DNA from: Acidobacteriota bacterium
Lineage (GTDB): Bacteria > Acidobacteriota > Polarisedimenticolia > Gp22-AA2
Direction of reading: 5' to 3'
Assembly (NCBI GenBank): GCA_003223165.1
Contig: QHXZ01000086.1
Span: 16,399-58,878, forward strand
DNA length: 42,480 bases
Part shown: one piece after another, positions 1 to 7,675 of the stretch
Position numbering within the stretch: the first letter of the stretch is position 1
How the letters are laid out: each line of letters begins with the position of its first letter
The notes under the pieces: model-generated
Told to the model about the DNA's origin: nothing
Seen by the model: the letters and a program-made list of their open reading frames with translations, nothing else
Database searches by the model: none
Position numbers and translations under genes: made by a program

Positions 1-100
1 GATGTCAGGGGCGGCAGGATAGCACAGCGATTCGGCGGTTTTCAAACGCCCGCAGCGCCCCGGGGTGTTTCGAAAGCAGGAACGGCCAGGTGGCCGTGGC

Positions 101-1039
101 TCAGTGCGCCAGCGAGCCCCCGGGCTTGACGCGCGCCAGGAGCGCCCCGCCGCGCAAGGCACCCCGCCGCACCCTGGCCGACAGGGCTCGCCGGACCGGT
201 CCGTCGATCCTTTGCTGGCGGGCGATCAGCTTGCGCAGGCGCTTCTTCGCCTGGTTCTCGATCTGGCGTACGCGCTCGCGCGACACACCGAGCTTCTCGC
301 CGATTTCCTTCAGGGTGAACGTCTTGCCGCCTTCCAGGCCGAAGCGGTTGATGATCACCGTCTGCTCCTGGTCATTCAGGCTCCGGAGCGCCAGCCGGAT
401 GAGCCCCTGGTTCTCGTTCTTGATCAACTCGTCTTCCGGGTTGATCGATCGGCCATCGACGAGGTAGTCGGAGATCGGAGTGTCCTTGTCGCGCCCGACC
501 TTGTCGTCGAGCGACAGCTCCCGCATCTTGACCTGCAGGATCTCGTCGATCTTGGCGATCGTGACGCGCAGTTCCTTGGAGATTTCCTCCCGGTCGGCCT
601 CCCGGCCCAGCTCGCGCGACAGCATCCGCTCGGTGTTGCGGACGTTGCGGACCTTCTTGAGCTGGTAGTTGGGGATGCGGACCATGGCGGAGTGCTGCGA
701 GAGGGCCTTCAGAATCGACTTGCGGATCCACCAGATGGCGTAGGTGATGAACTTCGTGCCGCGCGTGTGGTCGAAGTGGTGCGCCGCCTCGATCAGCCCG
801 ATGTTCCCTTCGTTGAGAAGATCCTCGAAGGGAAGCCCCATGTTGCGGTACTCGCTGGCGACCTTGACGACGAAACTGAGATTGGATTCGACCAGGTCGT
901 GATAGGAGGTGTCGGCCTCGCCGGTCTGCATGCGGACCGCGATCGCGTGCTCTTCTTCCTTGGTCAGGAGCGGGAATTCGCTGATCTCCTGCAGGTATTT
1001 TGAAATACAGGAATTCCGGTCTGTGGAGCGATTCGCCAT
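101..1039 (-). CDS. RNA polymerase sigma70-family factor, RpoD/RpoS-like, lacking region 1.1 (alternative sigma)
   Basis: Region 1.2 (KYLQEISEFPLLTKEEE), region 2 (DLLNEGNIGLIEAAHHFD..KFITYAIWWIR), region 3 (LSLD) and region 4.2 HTH (TLKEIGEKLGVSRERVRQIE). Purine-rich RBS upstream on the minus strand. Confidence 0.95.
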   Translation of the reverse strand: MANRSTDRNSCISKYLQEISEFPLLTKEEEHAIAVRMQTGEADTSYHDLVESNLSFVVKVASEYRNMGLPFEDLLNEGNIGLIEAAHHFDHTRGTKFITYAIWWIRKSILKALSQHSAMVRIPNYQLKKVRNVRNTERMLSRELGREADREEISKELRVTIAKIDEILQVKMRELSLDDKVGRDKDTPISDYLVDGRSINPEDELIKNENQGLIRLALRSLNDQEQTVIINRFGLEGGKTFTLKEIGEKLGVSRERVRQIENQAKKRLRKLIARQQRIDGPVRRALSARVRRGALRGGALLARVKPGGSLAH

Positions 1040-1092
1040 CAGGTTCCGTCCTTCTCCTCTCCCTAAAACGGGGTTGCGGGACGCCTTTTACC

Positions 1093-1121
1093 TTGACTTT
1101 AATGGCATAGCGCTATACACT
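1093..1121 (+). promoter_or_regulatory. Putative sigma70 promoter TTGACT-N17-TACACT pointing toward the XRE gene
   Basis: Read directly: TTGACT 1093-1098, 17-nt spacer, TACACT 1116-1121. The palindrome ATAGCGCTAT (1107-1116) lies in the spacer. Confidence 0.55.
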
Positions 1122-1326
1122 TCCGTCAAATTTTTGGAAGGTTGCTGGCTCCAGTTTTGCGACACGAAACGAGAACCCAGAACCGAAGGCCCAGGATGGG
1201 CAGGGAGCGTAGCACCCGATGGAAACCGGTACGGGGTGTAACGTCACCGCTTGCGCCTCAGCTCTCGACGGGTTCATCAAGATATTGACGCGGCGAATGT
1301 ATTTTCTGTGTGAGCTAACGACGCAG

Positions 1327-1355
1327 AGTATATGTTAGCGCGACAAGCGTGTCAA
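1327..1355 (-). promoter_or_regulatory. Putative sigma70 promoter TTGACA-N17-TATACT pointing toward the sigma factor gene
   Basis: Near-consensus hexamers on the minus strand (TGTCAA 1350-1355, AGTATA 1327-1332) with an exact 17-nt spacer, in a locally AT-rich stretch. Confidence 0.7.
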
Positions 1356-1434
1356 GCGCTTTTTGCTGAGGACGCATCGGTCCCAAGGCCCTGATTTCAC
1401 AAGTGTTTCCATGGATCGGCCCGGAAGAGATCGT

Positions 1435-1797
1435 ATGCTGACGTCAAAATTCAAGAAACAGTCCCAGCTCGTCGGGGCCAGGATCCGCACACTGCGCAAG
1501 GATCGTGCCCTGACCCAGGCCGATCTCGCGAGCCGCATCGGCATCCAGCAGTCCGATCTGTGCCGCATGGAGAACGGCGAGTACAAGGTCAGTCTCGAGA
1601 CCCTCTTCAAGATCCTCACGATCTTCGAGATGAACGTCGCGGAGTTCTTCCACGAGGATGTCTCCGGAGCGTCGAAGGACCGCGATTACGAGTTCCTGCG
1701 GCAGTACCAGAGGCTCTCACCGCGGTCCCAGGAAGAGGCGCAGGAGTTCGTCCTGTTCAAGCTCCAGCTCGAGGAAAAGCTGCGTAAGAGCAACTGA
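1435..1797 (+). CDS. XRE/Cro-C1 family helix-turn-helix transcriptional regulator
   Basis: VGARIRTLRKDRALTQADLASRIGIQQSDLCRMENGEYKVSLETLFKI is a typical HTH_3 domain, followed by a short helical C-terminus. Start taken as ATG 1435 (uncertain). Confidence 0.9.
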   Translation: MLTSKFKKQSQLVGARIRTLRKDRALTQADLASRIGIQQSDLCRMENGEYKVSLETLFKILTIFEMNVAEFFHEDVSGASKDRDYEFLRQYQRLSPRSQEEAQEFVLFKLQLEEKLRKSN

Positions 1798-1807
1798 GGA
1801 GCTTGCC

Positions 1808-2719
1808 ATGGCCGGCGACCCGTTCCAGCGCTACACGGAAGCGACCGCGGATGGCCAGCGGCTGCTGCTGCACGGCGAGTTCCGCACCAGCCTCGAGAGG
1901 TTCCAGGACGCCTACGAGGCGGCCGCCGAGATGGAAGACCAGCAGCTGATCTTCCGGGCCCTTTGCAACCTGAGCACGGCGCGCCTGTCTCTGGGGGAAA
2001 TCCGCGAGGCCGAGAAGGGCTTGCGCGAGATCCTCCTGAAGACCGAAGACCCGCAGTGCATCTTCGTGGCATCGTCCAACCTGGCCAGCTCGCTCCGCCG
2101 CCAGGGGCGGCTCGAGAAGGCGCTCTTCTACGCCAAGCGCGCCCTGCGCGCCTGCGAAGGTCTCGACAACTACGCCTGGAAGGCGACCTGCCACAACCTG
2201 ATCGCCAACATCTACCTGAACATGAGCTACCTGGATGACGCGGTGGCGGAGTACCGGTTCGCCCTGTCGCTCAGCCAGAAGGGAGGGCTGGGGACCTCCT
2301 CCCCCATCGAGTACATCAAGGAGAACCTGGGCTACTGCATCCTGCTGAAGAAGCGCTACAGGCAGGGAATCGCCATCATCCTGGAGGCGCTGCAGATCTC
2401 GCTCGCCAATGGCAACACGCGCTGCGTGGCCGAATGCTACCAGGACCTCAGCTTCGCGTACATGCAGCTCAAGGAGTTCAAGCGCGCCGAGGAGCACGGC
2501 CAGAAGGCCATGGCCATCGGCGGCGAGAAGGATTACAAGGACATCGTCAAGAACTGCTACTACCTGCTCGGCGAGATCAATCTGTTGATGGGGAACGAGG
2601 ACACGAGCGACCACTATTTCGGCAAGCTGCAGGAGCTGTACCCCCACCTCGCGACCCTGAAGGACTTCCTGCGTACGTTCGACGTCAGCAACATCATCAA
2701 CCTGAAGAACCCGTTCTAG
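1808..2719 (+). CDS. Tetratricopeptide-repeat protein (MalT/Rap-like long TPRs)
   Basis: Repeated helical units (ALCNLSTARLSLG, SSNLASSLRRQGRLEKALFY, CHNLIANIYLNMSYLDDA, CYQDLSFAYMQLKEFKRA, CYYLLGEINLLMG). RBS GAGGAG just upstream of ATG 1808. Confidence 0.85.
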   Translation: MAGDPFQRYTEATADGQRLLLHGEFRTSLERFQDAYEAAAEMEDQQLIFRALCNLSTARLSLGEIREAEKGLREILLKTEDPQCIFVASSNLASSLRRQGRLEKALFYAKRALRACEGLDNYAWKATCHNLIANIYLNMSYLDDAVAEYRFALSLSQKGGLGTSSPIEYIKENLGYCILLKKRYRQGIAIILEALQISLANGNTRCVAECYQDLSFAYMQLKEFKRAEEHGQKAMAIGGEKDYKDIVKNCYYLLGEINLLMGNEDTSDHYFGKLQELYPHLATLKDFLRTFDVSNIINLKNPF

Positions 2720-2729
2720 GGGAGAGGGC

Positions 2730-3680
2730 ATGAGGGCAGGGGGCGGAGCGCGCGCGGCGAGGGTGGCCTTCACGGCGATGGCCGGCCTTATCGCGGCCTG
2801 CCTGCCGGCCTTCGGGGCGACCTCCTTGACCTCGCCCGACGGGAGCACCTTCACCGTATGGGAAGATCACCCGGCGCAGGACGGCGCACAGACGGCGGCC
2901 CGCTGGGCCGTCGCCTACTCCATCAGCGACGCCGCCGGGACGCGCCTCGGCACCATCGACCCGACGGGCGACCCGGCCGCCGATACCTCGCCGCAGATCG
3001 CCCGGGACCCGTCGACCGGTTTCATCGTCGCCCTCTGGAGCCGGTTCGACGGCATGTCGCCGAAGATCGCCTACGCCCGGTACGACGGGACCGGCTTCAC
3101 GGACGTCCACTTCCTGACCTTCGGTCGGGGGGGCGAGACGTTGCCGCGCGTCGGGACCGCCCTTTCCGGATCGTATCTATTCTGGGTCGAGAACGACCTG
3201 CGCTACCTTTACGCCCCGGTCGATCTGGCCGCGGGCCACCTGTTCGCGGCCCCGAAGCTTCTGCCGCTCGGGCTGCTCAAGAAGGAGCCGATCGATCTCG
3301 GCCGGGCGACGCCCCCCTCTTCGTCTTTTGCCGGCGCCGCGCGCGCGAACCCTGGCGGCCGCGCCACGGGCTCGACCGGCAGACTCGTCACGTCTCCGGA
3401 CGCCACGCTCCAGGCCGGCCAGGACGTTCCCGTCGTCACCGGAAACAGCGACGGCGGGTCAAAAAATCCTCCGAAGGCGTCTGTCTGGGGCGCCGGGGGC
3501 GACCCGGACTGCACGAACGTGGTGCTGATCATCCCGGACCGCAACCTGCGCGCGGCCTCCGTCGTGAAGTTCGACAACGGGGCCCTGGAGGTCTTGCAGC
3601 GGATCTCGCTGCCGTCTCCCGTGCCGGACCGGTTCGGAGAGATCGCCGCCGCCGCGTACCTCGCCTCCGCCTGCCGCTAG
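2730..3680 (+). CDS. Hypothetical exported protein
   Basis: N-terminal signal-peptide-like stretch (RVAFTAMAGLIAACLPAFG/ATS), beta-rich N-domain and low-complexity linker. RBS GGAGAGG; follows the TPR gene by 10 nt. Confidence 0.75.
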   Translation: MRAGGGARAARVAFTAMAGLIAACLPAFGATSLTSPDGSTFTVWEDHPAQDGAQTAARWAVAYSISDAAGTRLGTIDPTGDPAADTSPQIARDPSTGFIVALWSRFDGMSPKIAYARYDGTGFTDVHFLTFGRGGETLPRVGTALSGSYLFWVENDLRYLYAPVDLAAGHLFAAPKLLPLGLLKKEPIDLGRATPPSSSFAGAARANPGGRATGSTGRLVTSPDATLQAGQDVPVVTGNSDGGSKNPPKASVWGAGGDPDCTNVVLIIPDRNLRAASVVKFDNGALEVLQRISLPSPVPDRFGEIAAAAYLASACR

Positions 3681-3729
3681 CATCTGCCAGGGTCGCGGGG
3701 CTCACTTTCCAGGAAGCGGGGCTTGCCCG

Positions 3730-4437
3730 TCAGTGGAACGGGTATTGCTCGTCGTCGCCCATGACGCGGAAGCGGCGGCGCCGCAGCTTCCAGCGCAACT
3801 CCGACCAGAAGTCGCGCAGACGCCAGGCGCGCTTGAGATAGAGATAGCCGAACAACATCCCGCCCAGGTGGGCGAAGTGAGCCACGCCATCCTGCAGGCT
3901 GGCCAGCGAGAAGAGCTCGATGCCGATGCAGATCAGCACGAAGCTGATGGCCCGCATCGGGAAGAGCAGCCAGAGCAGGATCTGCCGGGTCGGGAACATC
4001 AGCCCGTACGCCAGCATGACGCCGAACACGGCGCCCGAGGCGCCGATGGTGGTGCTGTTTGGAAAGAAGAGGCAAGTGACGAGGGCCGCGCCGATGCCGC
4101 AGATGAAGTAGTACTTCACGAAGGCCCGCGTCCCCCAGGCCCGCTCGACCTCCGTGCCGAACATCCAGAGCATCAGCATGTTCAGGAGGAGGTGCCACAG
4201 CCAGTCCGGCGCGTGCAGGAACATGTAGGTGACGACCTGCCAGAGCCACAGGTTGTGGTACACGAGCGTCGGGGTGAGACCGAAGATCCTCTCGATCGAG
4301 GTGTCGTCCCCGACCAGGGCTCCCAGCTTCTGCAGGATGAAGACGCAGACGTTGGCGATGATCAGGCCCTTGATCCCCGGCGTGATCCGCCCGCCGAGGA
4401 GGGTCTGCGGGTCATGCTGCGTGCGGTAGTAGGACAT
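3730..4437 (-). CDS. Rhomboid-family intramembrane serine protease
   Basis: WQVVTYMFLH, HLLLNML, catalytic GASG and AHLGG motifs; multiple TM helices. Confidence 0.95.
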   Translation of the reverse strand: MSYYRTQHDPQTLLGGRITPGIKGLIIANVCVFILQKLGALVGDDTSIERIFGLTPTLVYHNLWLWQVVTYMFLHAPDWLWHLLLNMLMLWMFGTEVERAWGTRAFVKYYFICGIGAALVTCLFFPNSTTIGASGAVFGVMLAYGLMFPTRQILLWLLFPMRAISFVLICIGIELFSLASLQDGVAHFAHLGGMLFGYLYLKRAWRLRDFWSELRWKLRRRRFRVMGDDEQYPFH

Positions 4438-4443
4438 GGCCGG

Positions 4444-4472
4444 AAGTTAACACACGATCCGGGGCATTGCAA
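4444..4472 (-). promoter_or_regulatory. Putative promoter TTGCAA-N17-TAACTT, probably giving a leaderless rhomboid mRNA
   Basis: The -10 hexamer ends 6 nt before the ATG at 4437 and no SD sequence is present. Confidence 0.5.
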
Positions 4473-4501
4473 GGTAGGCGGGCCGTTGCGGGAAGGGACT
4501 C

Positions 4502-5092
4502 CTACCCTTCGCGCAGCTCGGCGTTCCAGTAGGCGATGTCGAGGAAGTTCTTCCAGGCCTCGTACTGGCCCGAGGTGAAGGAGATCTTCACCAGCGGGTG
4601 CCAGCGCGGCTTCACGGGCGCCTTGACCAGGCGCATCCCGGCCTCCTCCGGCAGGTGGCCGCCCTTGCGTGAGTTGCAGACGATGCAGCAGCAGACCACG
4701 TTCTCCCACGTCGAGCGCCCACCCCGCGACAGCGGCACGACGTGGTCGAGGTTCAGGTCGCGCGTCTGGAACTTCTCGCCGCAGTACTGGCAGCGGTTGC
4801 GATCACGGTAGAAGATGTTCTTGCGCGTGAAGCGCACCTCGTGGCGCGGCAGGCGGTCGAAGTCGACCAGCAGGATGACGCGCGGGATGCGGATGCGAAT
4901 CGTCGGCGTGATGATCGAGTCCTCGTCCGGCTGCGGCGGGACGTCGACCCAGTCCTCCCAGTCGTAGGTGGAGTAGTCCGGCGCCACCGCCCGCACGTGC
5001 CCCTTGTACAGCAGGCAGAACGCCTTGCGGACGGTCGTCACCTGGATGGCCTGGAAAAGCCGGTTGAGGACCAGGACGTTGGTGTCGAGCAT
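4502..5092 (-). CDS. HNH endonuclease (McrA-like, Zn-binding)
   Basis: VLVLN N-terminus, RDRNRCQYCG, LDHVVPLSRGG, WENVVCCCIVCNSRKG. ATG 5092 preceded by GGAGG. Confidence 0.93.
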   Translation of the reverse strand: MLDTNVLVLNRLFQAIQVTTVRKAFCLLYKGHVRAVAPDYSTYDWEDWVDVPPQPDEDSIITPTIRIRIPRVILLVDFDRLPRHEVRFTRKNIFYRDRNRCQYCGEKFQTRDLNLDHVVPLSRGGRSTWENVVCCCIVCNSRKGGHLPEEAGMRLVKAPVKPRWHPLVKISFTSGQYEAWKNFLDIAYWNAELREG

Positions 5093-5140
5093 CGCGTGCG
5101 CCCCTCCACCGGGGCCTTCGAGTCCCACGGCGGAACAGAA

Positions 5141-5169
5141 AAAATATGATGCCGTCAGTCTCTTGTCAA
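5141..5169 (-). promoter_or_regulatory. Putative sigma70 promoter TTGACA-N17-TATTTT for the HNH gene
   Basis: Perfect -35 hexamer, 17-nt spacer, TAnnnT -10. Confidence 0.55.
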
Positions 5170-5203
5170 GCCGGCACGCAGGGAGCTCCTGCCTGCGTGC
5201 GGA

Positions 5204-6327
5204 TCAGCGGGAGCCGTGGCGTCCGTTGGCTTCCGGCTCGTAGGAGGTGACGAGGGTCTTCTTCTCGGCGTGGCGCTCGAGGGCTAGGCGGATCAGGCGG
5301 TCGACAAGGTCCGGGAACGGCAGGCCGCTCGCCTCCCACAGCTTCGGGTACATGCTGATCGGCGTGAATCCCGGGATGGTGTTGACCTCGCTCAGGAAGA
5401 TCGCGCCCACGCCGCGATCGACGAAGAAATCGACCCGCGCCATACCGGCGAGGTCGAGCACCTTGAACGCCTTGATCGCGATCTCCCGGACGGCGCGCGA
5501 CTGGTCCGCCGTCAGCTCGGCCGGAATCACCAGGCGCGACCCGGCATCCACATACTTGGCCCGGTAGTCGTAAAACTCATTGGCCGGGACGATCTCTCCC
5601 GGGACCGAGGCTTCCGGCTGGTCGTTGCCGAGCACGCTGCATTCGATCTCGCGCGCGTCCACGGCGCGCTCGACGATGATCTTGCGATCGTAGCGGGCCG
5701 CGAGCCTCAGGCCCTTCACGAGACCCGCGTGGTCCTTGGCCTTGCTGACTCCGACGCTGCTCCCGCCGTTCGATGGCTTCACGAAGCAGGGGAAGCCGAA
5801 GGTCCCTTCGAGGACGCCCGCGATCCGCTCCGGGTCGCGCTCCAATTCGACCCGGCGGACGACGCGGAAGTCCACGATCGGCAGGCCGGCTTCACGGAAG
5901 GCCGACTTCATCGCCGCCTTGTCCATCCCCAGCGCCGAGCCCAGGACACCGGCGCCGACGTACGGGATGTCCGCCAGCTCGAGCAGGCCCTGCAGGGCGC
6001 CGTCCTCGCCGCCGGTGCCGTGCACCACCGGGAAGACGACGTCGAGCGGCCGCAGGGCGGCGCCCGCCGCCCGGCGCGGCGCGCGGGAGCGTTTCGCGAC
6101 GCCGCCGTTCTTCAGCACCACCAGCCCGCCGACGGAGGGGTCGGCCGGCAGCGCGAAGTGGGTGCCTCCGCTCACCCAACGGCCTTTCTTGGTGATCCCG
6201 ATCGGCACGACCTCGTAGCGCCCGGGGTCGAGGGCCTGCATGATGGCCCGTGCCGAGACCAAGGACACCTCATGCTCCACCGAGCGCCCTCCAAAGATCA
6301 CGCCCACACGCAGCTTCCGGCCCCGCC

Positions 6328-6331
<4 letters not shown>
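5204..6331 (-). CDS. ddl: D-alanine--D-alanine ligase
   Basis: GGRSVEHEVSL, HGTGGEDG, MDKAAMK, KPSNGGSSVGV, FYDYRAKY and EVNTIPGFTPISMYP motifs. Start ATG overlaps the hflX stop (ATGA). Confidence 0.97.
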
Positions 6332-7617
<1,286 letters not shown>

Positions 7618-7675
7618 GAGGGTTCTCCCACGGCACCAATGTTAATGCCCGGTCCCGTGGCCGTCAACGCGTCGC

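Noticed and set aside
1040-1434. tRNA, riboswitch or CRISPR in the long AT-richer intergenic region
   Set aside because: I see no cloverleaf, known aptamer or repeat-spacer pattern. An Infernal/Rfam scan would be needed to exclude a novel RNA.
2730-4437. Rhomboid as the processing enzyme for the adjacent exported protein
   Set aside because: Only adjacency supports it. The genes are convergent and the exported protein has no clear C-terminal TM or GlyGly-CTERM-type substrate helix.
101-5092. Prophage or defence island suggested by the XRE regulator and HNH nuclease
   Set aside because: No integrase, phage structural genes or att-like repeats, and the flanking genes are housekeeping.
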